Of a DNA stretch of 64,000 bases, positions 9,005 to 17,798 are shown in pieces. The notes beneath the pieces are model-generated. The model ran no database searches and had not been told where the DNA came from. It saw nothing but the letters and a program-made list of their open reading frames with translations. A program made the translations under genes and the position numbers. The DNA lies in contig CACATS010000002.1 in assembly GCA_902535505.1 (NCBI GenBank), positions 4,049 through 68,048 on the forward strand, given 5' to 3'. Numbering within the stretch: position 1 is the stretch's first letter; the number at the start of each line of letters is the position of its first letter. The DNA comes from an uncultured Pelagibacteraceae bacterium. Lineage in GTDB: Bacteria; Pseudomonadota; Alphaproteobacteria; Pelagibacterales; Pelagibacteraceae.

Positions 9005-9423
9005 TCATCAATAAATATTTTCTCGTCTCGTTCATGTCTTTCTTGAGCTTCAATTGAAAGTGTAGCCACTGGTCGAGCCATTAACCTTTTAAGGCCTATC
9101 GGTTCACCGGTTTCCTCGCAAAAACCATATGTTCCCTCTTTAAGTCTTTGTAAAGCAGAGTTGATTTTTATAATTAGTTTTCTACTTCTATTTAAGGCTT
9201 TCATTTCAACCGATTTATCTGTGAGTGAAGAAGCTTGATCTACAATATCTGCAGAGGAAACATTATCATCACTCGAACTAAGAAGATTTCCCAAGTTGTT
9301 TGCTTTGATAATATCTTTTTTCCAGTTTAATAGTTCTTCAGTGAAAAATTTTTTGTGTTTTGCACACATATACTTTTCTTTACTACTAGGGGTATATTTT
9401 TTTTTAGTAATAGATTTTACCAT
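9001..9423 (-). CDS. dksA: RNA polymerase-binding protein DksA
   Basis: DIVDQA coiled-coil tip; GTYGFCEETGEPIGLKRLMARPVATLS. Confidence 0.93.
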   Translation of the reverse strand: MVKSITKKKYTPSSKEKYMCAKHKKFFTEELLNWKKDIIKANNLGNLLSSSDDNVSSADIVDQASSLTDKSVEMKALNRSRKLIIKINSALQRLKEGTYGFCEETGEPIGLKRLMARPVATLSIEAQERHERDEKIFIDD

Positions 9424-9496
9424 TTTTCGAATTTTGGGGAGTATATGTTTGATTTTAGTCGTGTCAATAGCTTATAAATTGTATTAATTTCTTTAT

Positions 9497-10867
9497 ATGA
9501 TAGTCAAAAAAAATATACTTAATATCTATTATTTATTTTTACTCGGCCATTTAACCTTATGGACATTAGTTCCTACTATTTCAAACATCAATTTACCTTT
9601 AGATACTATTGAGGCTCTTGCATGGGGAAGTAATTTAGATTGGGGTTTTGATAAGCACCCACCTTTTAGTGCTTTTGCGGTAGAGTTATTTTTTTTCATT
9701 TTTGGATCGAATGATTGGGCATATTATCTTTTAAGTCAGCTTTTTGTGATAGTTGCTTTTATTTATGTTTGGAAATTTTCAAACGAGATAATGGGAAGCA
9801 AAGAATTAGCGCTAGTTTCTTTACTAGCCTTAGAAGGGATATTTTTTTACAATTTTACAACTCCAGAGTTTAATGTAAATGTAAGCCAATTGCCTTTTTG
9901 GGCAATGACTGTTTATTTTTTTTGGAAAAGCTTAAAAACAAATAGCAAAAAATTTTGGTTTTTATTTGGTATATGTTCCGCATTGGGTTTTTTATCAAAA
10001 TATTTATTTGTATATATTTTATTTTCCCTTTTTTTGTATTTCATATTTTATCTTAAAAAATATAAAAATCAGATAAAAAATTATTTTTTTTCAATAATTG
10101 TTTCTTTATTTATTTTAACTCCTCATTTTATTTGGCTGTATGAAAATGATTATTCCACCATAACGTATGGATTAAGAAGATCCAGTTTAGGGAACACTGA
10201 ACTTATAGGTCACTTAATAAATCCAATAATTTTTATATTCAACCAATTAATTATTTTGCTGCCTTTCTTAATCATGATTTTTGTTTTATTAAAAAAAATA
10301 AAATTACTTAAATCAAAAAATCAAAAAATTATTTTTTTATTCGCCATTACTTTTTTACCTGTTATATTAATTTTATTTACATCTTTTTTCACTGGTGCAA
10401 AAATTAGAACTATGTGGATGACTCCATTTTATTTATTTTTTGGAGTTTTTTTTATTGAGTATTTCAAAAAACACGTAGATTTCAAAAAGTTTAAAAGGTT
10501 TTTTGTTGTTTTTTCATTTTTATTTATTGTGTCTCCATTGCTCTATTTAAGTGTATCATTAATTGATGAAACAAAGCGAACAGATTATCCAGGGCAGGAG
10601 ATATCAAGACTTGTTCAAAATAAGTGGGATGATAATTTTGTGAACGAAATAAAAATTGTTATTGGCGATGAGTGGTCTGCAGGAAATTTATCTTATCACT
10701 TAAAATCTAGACCAATTTGGATTAATGATCTGGGTAAAAAGGTAATGGAAATAAAAGATAATCAAGGAGTAATTTACACCGGGAATCCAAATATATTAAA
10801 AAAAATATGCCCAGGTGTTTTTGGAACTATTAAACCAGTAGGCTATTGCATGATTGGCAAAAAATGA
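9497..10867 (+). CDS. membrane glycosyltransferase, GT-C fold (ArnT/PMT-like)
   Basis: DTIE..WGFDKHPP loop; LGFLSKY; many transmembrane segments. Confidence 0.8.
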   Translation: MIVKKNILNIYYLFLLGHLTLWTLVPTISNINLPLDTIEALAWGSNLDWGFDKHPPFSAFAVELFFFIFGSNDWAYYLLSQLFVIVAFIYVWKFSNEIMGSKELALVSLLALEGIFFYNFTTPEFNVNVSQLPFWAMTVYFFWKSLKTNSKKFWFLFGICSALGFLSKYLFVYILFSLFLYFIFYLKKYKNQIKNYFFSIIVSLFILTPHFIWLYENDYSTITYGLRRSSLGNTELIGHLINPIIFIFNQLIILLPFLIMIFVLLKKIKLLKSKNQKIIFLFAITFLPVILILFTSFFTGAKIRTMWMTPFYLFFGVFFIEYFKKHVDFKKFKRFFVVFSFLFIVSPLLYLSVSLIDETKRTDYPGQEISRLVQNKWDDNFVNEIKIVIGDEWSAGNLSYHLKSRPIWINDLGKKVMEIKDNQGVIYTGNPNILKKICPGVFGTIKPVGYCMIGKK

Positions 10868-11736
10868 AAAAAATTATTATTTTAATACCTGTCTTTAATG
10901 ATTGGGAATCTTTAGAAAAACTTATTGTTGAAATTAATGAAAATATTAAAGAGTTAAAAAAAATCGATATAGAATGCATAGTTATAAATGATGCGTCAAC
11001 AATTAAACAATCCAAGCTATTAAAACCGACCTTTATTAAGTCAATTCAAATTTTGAATATGAGAGAAAATAAAGGACATGCTAGATGTAATGCTTTTGGA
11101 ATAAGGTACGTTATTAAAAATAAGGATTTTGATTATTTAATATTAATGGACGGTGATGGAGAAGATAGACCAATAGAATTAAAAAAATTAATAAATAAAA
11201 TTTTAGAAGATCCTAATAAATCTGTGGTAGCAAAAAGGATTAAAAGATCTGAGGGTCTATTTTTTCGATTTTTATATTCTATGCATAAGCTGATCACATT
11301 AGTATTTACAGGAAAAAAAATTAATTTTGGAAATTATAGCTGTTTAATAAAAGAAGATGTAAGAAAACTTTCTACCCAAGCCAGTTTGTGGAGTAGTTAC
11401 TCCGGATCAGTTAAAAAGAACTTAGAATATTTTAACGAAATAGATTCTGAGAGGGGTACTAGATATTTTGGACCATCGAAAATGTCATTTTTAAAGCTTC
11501 TAATACACTCATTTTCAATAATTGCGGTTTTTAAATTTCAAGTATTTTTTAGATCATTAATATTAATTATAATTTTTTCATCTCTAGATTTTAGTTTAGG
11601 TACAAATTTCAATTTGTTATCAATATTAATTGTAATATTTAACATTTTAATTTTAATTGTATCTTTTAGAGAAAAACAAACAGAGTTATTAAATAGTCAA
11701 GAAAATTTAGAAAGCACCGAGGAGATAACACACTAA
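10864..11736 (+). CDS. glycosyltransferase family 2 (GtrB/ArnC-like polyprenol-phosphate glycosyltransferase)
   Basis: IPVFND, INDAS, NKGH and MDGDGED motifs; two C-terminal TM helices; start set at the ATGA overlap at 10864. Confidence 0.82.
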   Translation: MKKIIILIPVFNDWESLEKLIVEINENIKELKKIDIECIVINDASTIKQSKLLKPTFIKSIQILNMRENKGHARCNAFGIRYVIKNKDFDYLILMDGDGEDRPIELKKLINKILEDPNKSVVAKRIKRSEGLFFRFLYSMHKLITLVFTGKKINFGNYSCLIKEDVRKLSTQASLWSSYSGSVKKNLEYFNEIDSERGTRYFGPSKMSFLKLLIHSFSIIAVFKFQVFFRSLILIIIFSSLDFSLGTNFNLLSILIVIFNILILIVSFREKQTELLNSQENLESTEEITH

Positions 11737-11749
11737 AAAGTTGTAATTA

Positions 11750-11827
11750 GAGTCCCAAATAGAATCAAATTAGAATCAAAAGGTGAACTTTGTTAACGAT
11801 TTTGGCCTATTGTGGATATTAACAAAG
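11750..11827. promoter_or_regulatory. intergenic element: three GANTC sites, TAGAATCAAA direct repeat and 9-bp inverted repeat
   Basis: GAGTC 11750, GAATC 11762, GAATC 11773; CTTTGTTAA 11788-96 pairs with TTAACAAAG 11819-27. Confidence 0.5.
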
Positions 11828-11861
11828 ATAGATAGTGTTGTTGTTAATCTACTGAAAATTT

Positions 11862-12221
11862 ATGAAAAAACTAAAATGTCATTGCGGTCAATTTAAAGCT
11901 GAAATTAAGATCGATAATTTAGACAAAATCTTAAGATGCAATTGCTCAATTTGCAAAAGAAAAGGTGCAATTATGTCTATGGTTAAAAATGATGATTTCA
12001 TAATTGTTGAGGGAGAAGATAAATTGTCTTTATACAAATTTCACACGAAAGTAGCAAAACATTACTTCTGTTCAATTTGCGGAATTTATACTCATCATAA
12101 CCCTAGATCCAATCCATCAATGACAGGTTTTAATCTAGGTTGTATTGAAGACATTGACACATTTGAGCTCGAAGATATCAAGATCAATGATGGAAAAAAT
12201 CATCCACTAGATAAAAATTAA
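11862..12221 (+). CDS. GFA/CENP-V family protein
   Basis: CHCG, CNCSIC and FCSICG cysteine pattern. Confidence 0.88.
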   Translation: MKKLKCHCGQFKAEIKIDNLDKILRCNCSICKRKGAIMSMVKNDDFIIVEGEDKLSLYKFHTKVAKHYFCSICGIYTHHNPRSNPSMTGFNLGCIEDIDTFELEDIKINDGKNHPLDKN

Positions 12222-12222
12222 G

Positions 12223-13143
12223 ATGCACTTTAAAAAATTGGACCTTAATAATAAAGCCAAAAAGAAGTATCTACAATTCATAAAGACGCAAGAAGTTTTA
12301 TCAGAACCTTTTAGAGATAAATTAGGCCAATTTAATAAATTTTATTTACCATTAAGTAAAAAAATTTTTAATCGAAAAATCAAAAATAACAAAACAATTA
12401 TTGTGGGATTAACAGGAGGTCAGGGCTCAGGAAAATCAACTATCTCAAATATTTTAAAAATTATTTTAAAAGAAAGATTTGAGCTTAATACAGTAATTTT
12501 TTCTATTGATGACTTTTATAGAACACTTAATGAAAGAAAAATAATGGCAAAAAAAATAGATCCACTTTTCTTAACAAGAGGTGTACCTGGTACTCACGAT
12601 ACTAAATTACTTTTTAATTGTCTCAATCAATTAAAAAATTTAACAAAAAAAATTTTATATATCCCAAAATTTGACAAATCTTTTGATGATAGGAGTCCAA
12701 AAAAAAAATGGCAAAAAGTAACTTATCAACCAGACATAGTCATATTTGAAGGCTGGTGTGTTGCGGCGACACCACAAAAAAATAAAGATTTAATTAAGCC
12801 GATAAATATATTAGAAAAAGAGAGAGATAAAAAAAAAATTTGGAGAAATTGGGTAAATAATGAACTCAAAACTACCTATAAAAAAATATTTAAATTAATC
12901 GATTTAAAAATATTTTTAAAGGTACCCAATTTTGATCATGTTTTTAAATGGAGACTGCTACAAGAAAAAAAATTGAGAGCGACGTCTAAAGGAAAAAAAA
13001 CAATGACCGATATCGAGATTAAAAATTTTATTATGTATTATGAAAGATTAACAAGACATATGTTAAAAAATCTAAAAGGAAAATCTGATTTTGTGATTAA
13101 TATAGACAAGAAGCATCGATTAAAAAGTATTAAAATAAATTAA
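12223..13143 (+). CDS. P-loop kinase, D-glycerate 3-kinase (GLYK)-like
   Basis: GGQGSGKST, SIDDFY, TRGVPGTHD, PKFDKS, FEGWCV and WRLLQE motifs. Confidence 0.72.
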   Translation: MHFKKLDLNNKAKKKYLQFIKTQEVLSEPFRDKLGQFNKFYLPLSKKIFNRKIKNNKTIIVGLTGGQGSGKSTISNILKIILKERFELNTVIFSIDDFYRTLNERKIMAKKIDPLFLTRGVPGTHDTKLLFNCLNQLKNLTKKILYIPKFDKSFDDRSPKKKWQKVTYQPDIVIFEGWCVAATPQKNKDLIKPINILEKERDKKKIWRNWVNNELKTTYKKIFKLIDLKIFLKVPNFDHVFKWRLLQEKKLRATSKGKKTMTDIEIKNFIMYYERLTRHMLKNLKGKSDFVINIDKKHRLKSIKIN

Positions 13144-14433
13144 ATGAAAATAATTGTCATTATATTTTTTCTTACTCTTAATTTTATTAATCTCGAAGCG
13201 AGCGAAAATTTTAAGTTTTATCTTAAAAAAGCAATTGATAATAATCTAGAGTTGAATGCAGAAAGAAAAAACTTGGAGTCAGTTAAACAAGATAAGAAAA
13301 TATCAAGAAGTGAATTTTTACCAAGCATAACAATTTCTGGAGAACAAACCAGCACCACCTCAACCAAGAGAACTAACCAGAGTGGAGCTAGTTTAGCAGA
13401 CTCAAATTCAGATACTGAAAATAAAAAGATATCTTTGGAGCAAGTAATTTTTTCTGGATTTAAAGGAGTAAATACCTTCAAAAAATCTGAATTAGAGACT
13501 CAAAAAGCGACTTTAGAATTAAAGCAAAAAGAGCAGCAAATAATTTTTGAAGCTGCTTTTGCTTATTTTGATTATATTTTTAAATTTAATAACGAAAAAT
13601 TTAATTTTTCTAACGTAAATTTATTTGAAAGACAAGTTGAATTTGATAATGCAAGATTACAAAAAGGAGAGATTACCTTAACTGATTTAGCTCAATCAGA
13701 GTCATCCTTAGCTGGTGCTAATGCAAATTTAATTAAGGCAAAAACAGAGCTTCTTTCTTCAATAACGAATTTTGAGAGAATTATAGGAGAAAAAGTCCCA
13801 AGCTTTGAAAATTTAAATCAAAAAGTTCTCATTGATTTACCAAGCACCTTAAATAGCTCCTTAGAGCAAGCAAGCCTTAAAAATTTAGCTCTTTTAATTT
13901 CTAAATTAGATTACGAAATTTCAGCAAAAGAACTCAATATTGAAAGAGCTAGACTTTCTCCAAAAGCCTCAATCCAAGTTTCAAAATCTGAAAATAAAGA
14001 TTTCAGCTCTACAATAGATGAGAAAGACGATGAGACAGTCAAAGCAACTATTAGCTGGCCAATCATTAAAGGTGGAGAAAACATTTCATCTATAAAAAAA
14101 TCTTCATTAGAAAAGCAACGTTTTCAATTACTTTTTAAAGATACCAAAAAAAAGGTCTTATCAGATACATCAAACTCTTGGTCAAATTACCAGTCATCAA
14201 AAAGCGTATTAGATGCCACAATAGCTCAATTGAAAGCCGCAGAAATAGCTAATGAGGGCATTACACTTGAATATGACTCAGGTAATACACGTACTACATT
14301 AGAAGTTATTCAATCTAGAAGTCTTCTTTTAGAAGCCCAGATAGCTTACTCTAAAGCCCAAAGGGACTTCGTGGTTTCACAATTTGAGCTCTCTAAGCAA
14401 CTAGGCACTCTTTCCCAAAATTCTGTTGAATAG
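13144..14433 (+). CDS. tolC: TolC-family outer membrane efflux protein
   Basis: Signal peptide; repeated OEP pattern (AYFDY, GEITLTDLAQ, GNTRTTLEVIQ). Confidence 0.8.
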   Translation: MKIIVIIFFLTLNFINLEASENFKFYLKKAIDNNLELNAERKNLESVKQDKKISRSEFLPSITISGEQTSTTSTKRTNQSGASLADSNSDTENKKISLEQVIFSGFKGVNTFKKSELETQKATLELKQKEQQIIFEAAFAYFDYIFKFNNEKFNFSNVNLFERQVEFDNARLQKGEITLTDLAQSESSLAGANANLIKAKTELLSSITNFERIIGEKVPSFENLNQKVLIDLPSTLNSSLEQASLKNLALLISKLDYEISAKELNIERARLSPKASIQVSKSENKDFSSTIDEKDDETVKATISWPIIKGGENISSIKKSSLEKQRFQLLFKDTKKKVLSDTSNSWSNYQSSKSVLDATIAQLKAAEIANEGITLEYDSGNTRTTLEVIQSRSLLLEAQIAYSKAQRDFVVSQFELSKQLGTLSQNSVE

Positions 14434-14451
14434 AGGCCTTTTTTTAAAAAC

Positions 14452-14479
14452 TTGAAAAAAAGAACAAAATGTGTACATT
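14452..14479 (+). promoter_or_regulatory. recA promoter with alphaproteobacterial LexA (SOS) box
   Basis: TTGAAA-N16-TACATT, overlapped by GAAC-AAAATGT-GTAC (GAAC-N7-GTAC, 14462-14476). Confidence 0.75.
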
Positions 14480-14514
14480 TATATTAACGATTCGAATAAT
14501 AAAAAGGATAAAAT

Positions 14515-15618
14515 ATGACAAAAAATAACTTAAAAGTGGTGAAAACTGATAATAAAAAACAACAAGAATTAAAGGAAAAAAACAAGTCCTTAGAGGCTGC
14601 AATTAGCCAAATAGATCAAAATTTTGGAAAAGGCTCAGTAATGAGGCTTGGACAACAGCAAGCATTAGATGTGGAGGCAATTTCAACTGGATCTTTAAGT
14701 TTAGATTTAGCTCTTGGTATTGGAGGCTTGCCAAAAGGAAGAATTATTGAGATTTATGGTCCAGAGTCATCAGGTAAAACTACTTTAGCTTTACAAGTAG
14801 TGGCTGAAGCTCAAAAAGCTGGTGGAATATGCGCATTTGTTGATGCTGAGCATGCTATGGATCCAGTTTATGCTAAGAAACTAGGTGTAAAAACCGAGGA
14901 ATTATTAATCTCGCAACCAGACACAGGAGAGCAAGCTTTAGAAATAACTGACACACTAATAAAATCTGGATCAATTTCAGTTTTAGTAGTGGACTCAGTT
15001 GCAGCATTAACTCCAAAGGCTGAGTTAGAAGGAGAAATGGGAGATCACCATGTTGGCCTACAATCCAGATTAATGAGTCAAGCATTAAGAAAAATTACTG
15101 GCTCAGTTTCTAAATCAAATACAATGGTAATATTTATTAACCAAATAAGAATGAAAATCGGCGTTATGTTTGGAAATCCAGAAACTACATCAGGTGGTAA
15201 TGCTTTGAAGTTTTATTCATCCGTAAGAATGGACATAAGAAGAATAGGGGCAATTAAAGAAAAAGATCAGATCATAGGTAACTCAACTAGAGTAAAAGTG
15301 ATTAAGAATAAAGTTGCACCTCCTTTTAAGGTTGTTGAGTTTGATCTTATGTATGGAAAAGGAATAAGTAAATTAGGTGAATTAATTGATCTTGGTACTA
15401 AAGCTGGAGTGGTTGAAAAATCTGGAGCTTGGTATGCGTACAAAGGTGAAAAAATAGGCCAAGGTAGAGAAAATGCAAAAGTATACTTACAAAAAAATCC
15501 AAACGTTGCAGCAGAAATAGAAAAAATCATTAGAGATGAAGCTTCAGCGATTAGCAAAGAGCTTGAAGGAAACCCTTCAGCAAACGAAAAAATTAGCAAT
15601 AAAAAAGAAGAAGAATAA
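14515..15618 (+). CDS. recA: recombinase A
   Basis: [16 protein letters not shown] and GGNALKFY motifs. Confidence 0.99.
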   Translation: MTKNNLKVVKTDNKKQQELKEKNKSLEAAISQIDQNFGKGSVMRLGQQQALDVEAISTGSLSLDLALGIGGLPKGRIIEIYGPESSGKTTLALQVVAEAQKAGGICAFVDAEHAMDPVYAKKLGVKTEELLISQPDTGEQALEITDTLIKSGSISVLVVDSVAALTPKAELEGEMGDHHVGLQSRLMSQALRKITGSVSKSNTMVIFINQIRMKIGVMFGNPETTSGGNALKFYSSVRMDIRRIGAIKEKDQIIGNSTRVKVIKNKVAPPFKVVEFDLMYGKGISKLGELIDLGTKAGVVEKSGAWYAYKGEKIGQGRENAKVYLQKNPNVAAEIEKIIRDEASAISKELEGNPSANEKISNKKEEE

Positions 15619-15636
15619 TTCTTTTGCCGTCATTTC

Positions 15637-15668
15637 AACGGGAGGTTTAAATAAGACCTCCCGTTTCT
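15637..15668 (+). terminator. hairpin terminator after recA
   Basis: AACGGGAGGTT...GACCTCCCGTT stem with a short TTTCT tail. Confidence 0.7.
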
Positions 15669-15793
15669 CATGAAACCTCAACTAAGAATTGATTAAATCT
15701 ATATTTAGTATCTAAAAAAATAGGGTCAAAAATACATGTGTACAATCAAATTCATATTGGTTTTAATTAACAATTAAAACAAAAGGGGAAAAA

Positions 15794-17347
15794 ATGAGTA
15801 CACAACAAGCATCAAGCTCGAAAGTGTCTTCATCTTTAGATACCTCTCATTTGAAGGTTAAATTTCCATTTAAAGCTAAATATGGAAACTACATAAACGG
15901 AAAATTTGTAGAACCTAAATCTGGAAAGTATTTTGATAATACTACTCCTATCACTAATGAAGTAATCTGTAAGGTGCCACGATCGAACGAAAAAGACGTT
16001 GATTTAGCTCTAGACGCAGCCCACGCAGCATTTCCTGCTTGGGGAAAAACATCAATCACAGAGAGATCAAATATACTCTTAAAAATAGCTGATGTAATAG
16101 AGAAAAATCTAAACGTGTTAGCCACAGCAGAATGTTTAGACAATGGTAAGCCAATCAGAGAATGTATGGCTGCAGACTTACCTTTGGTAATTGACCATTG
16201 GAGATATTTTGCAGGAGTAATAAGAGCAGAGGAAGGATCAGTTGCTGAAATTAGTAACAGCGAATATTCTTACCACATACCTGAACCATTAGGTGTAGTA
16301 GGTCAGATTATACCTTGGAACTTTCCACTATTAATGGCTACATGGAAACTAGCTCCAGCATTGGCAGCAGGAAATTGTGTAGTATTAAAACCAGCTGAAC
16401 AAACACCAGCATCAATTATGCTTTTAATGGAACTAATTGGAGATCTATTACCAGCAGGTGTTGTAAACGTTGTTAGTGGATATGGTCTTGAAGCAGGTAA
16501 ACCTTTAGCTTCTTCAAAAAGAATTAAGAAGATTGCTTTTACTGGTGAAACTACTACTGGACGTTTGATTATGCAGTATGCATCTCAAAACTTAATACCA
16601 ATTACTTTGGAATTAGGTGGTAAATCGCCAAATATTTTCTTTGAAGATGTTATGGCTAAAGATGACGACTTCTTTGATAAATGTTTAGAGGGTTTTGCTA
16701 TGTTTACGCTTAACCAAGGAGAAGTTTGCACTTGCCCAAGCAGAGCTTTAATTCAAAAATCTATCTATGACAAATTCATGGAAAAGGCGATTGCGAGAAC
16801 TAAAGCTGTGAAACAAGACAATCCTTTGAAAATGGAAACTATGATTGGAGCTCAAGCCTCATTAGAACAAATGGAAAAAATTAAGTCTTATTTAGACTTA
16901 GGTAAAAAAGAAGGTGCCAAAGTTCTATGCGGTGGAAGCGAAGCTAAAATCAATAGTGGTCTTGAAAAAGGAAACTATATCCAACCGACAATTTTTGAAG
17001 GTAAAAACAATATGCGAATATTCCAAGAGGAGATCTTTGGACCAGTTGTATCAGTTACAACTTTTAAAGATGAGAAAGAAGCATTAGAAATAGCTAATGA
17101 TACTCTTTATGGACTAGGAGCTGGCGTTTGGACTAGAGATGGAAACATTGCATACAGAATGGGTAGAGGTATAGAAGCTGGTAGAGTTTGGACAAACTGT
17201 TACCATGCATATCCAGCACATGCTGCATTTGGCGGTTACAAACAATCCGGTATTGGAAGAGAAACTCACAAAATGATGTTAAATCATTATAGACAAGTGA
17301 AGAACTTACACGTGTCTTACAGTGAGAAAAAATTAGGCTTCTTTTAA
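15794..17347 (+). CDS. aldB: aldehyde dehydrogenase (AldB/ExaC acetaldehyde dehydrogenase subfamily)
   Basis: [41 protein letters not shown] and [19 protein letters not shown] motifs. Confidence 0.9.
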   Translation: MSTQQASSSKVSSSLDTSHLKVKFPFKAKYGNYINGKFVEPKSGKYFDNTTPITNEVICKVPRSNEKDVDLALDAAHAAFPAWGKTSITERSNILLKIADVIEKNLNVLATAECLDNGKPIRECMAADLPLVIDHWRYFAGVIRAEEGSVAEISNSEYSYHIPEPLGVVGQIIPWNFPLLMATWKLAPALAAGNCVVLKPAEQTPASIMLLMELIGDLLPAGVVNVVSGYGLEAGKPLASSKRIKKIAFTGETTTGRLIMQYASQNLIPITLELGGKSPNIFFEDVMAKDDDFFDKCLEGFAMFTLNQGEVCTCPSRALIQKSIYDKFMEKAIARTKAVKQDNPLKMETMIGAQASLEQMEKIKSYLDLGKKEGAKVLCGGSEAKINSGLEKGNYIQPTIFEGKNNMRIFQEEIFGPVVSVTTFKDEKEALEIANDTLYGLGAGVWTRDGNIAYRMGRGIEAGRVWTNCYHAYPAHAAFGGYKQSGIGRETHKMMLNHYRQVKNLHVSYSEKKLGFF

Positions 17348-17398
17348 CCAATAATATATAATGGCCCATGATTCTTGATCATGGGCCGAAATATACAA

Positions 17399-17755
17399 AT
17401 GAAAGTTTCATTCACATTATCAGCAAAAAAATTACTTAACGAAATTAAAGAAGTTCACGGTGACGATCTTTTGTTTCATCAATCAGGGGGTTGCTGCGAT
17501 GGTAGCGCACCTATGTGCTTTCCAGCCAAAGAATACCAAGTAGGAAATAGCGACGTAAAGCTAGGAGAGGTAGATGGAACCCCCTTTTATATGAATGAAG
17601 ATCAATACGAAAAGTGGAAACATACAGATTTGACTATTGATGCTGTTAAGGGAATTGGAGGCATGTTTTCCCTAGATAATGGAACAGGGCAAAGATTTTT
17701 AACAAAATCTGAAATTTGCGTTGTAGTAGACAACGATAAAAAAGCTACAAACTAA
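17399..17755 (+). CDS. DUF779 family protein
   Basis: FHQSGGCCDGSAPMC...WKHT..GIGGMFSLD; this family is typically found after aldB-type genes. Start moved to ATG 17399, downstream of the hairpin. Confidence 0.85.
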   Translation: MKVSFTLSAKKLLNEIKEVHGDDLLFHQSGGCCDGSAPMCFPAKEYQVGNSDVKLGEVDGTPFYMNEDQYEKWKHTDLTIDAVKGIGGMFSLDNGTGQRFLTKSEICVVVDNDKKATN

Positions 17756-17798
17756 TCTCTTTATAGACAAGTTCTAAAATATCTGTATTTAATTAAAT

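Noticed and set aside
11737-11861. Chromosomal replication origin
   Set aside because: Only one imperfect DnaA box, a short region, and no hemE/dnaA/parAB context; kept only as a regulatory candidate
14434-14450. Terminator after tolC (AGGCCT plus T-run)
   Set aside because: The stem is too short to form a hairpin with a loop
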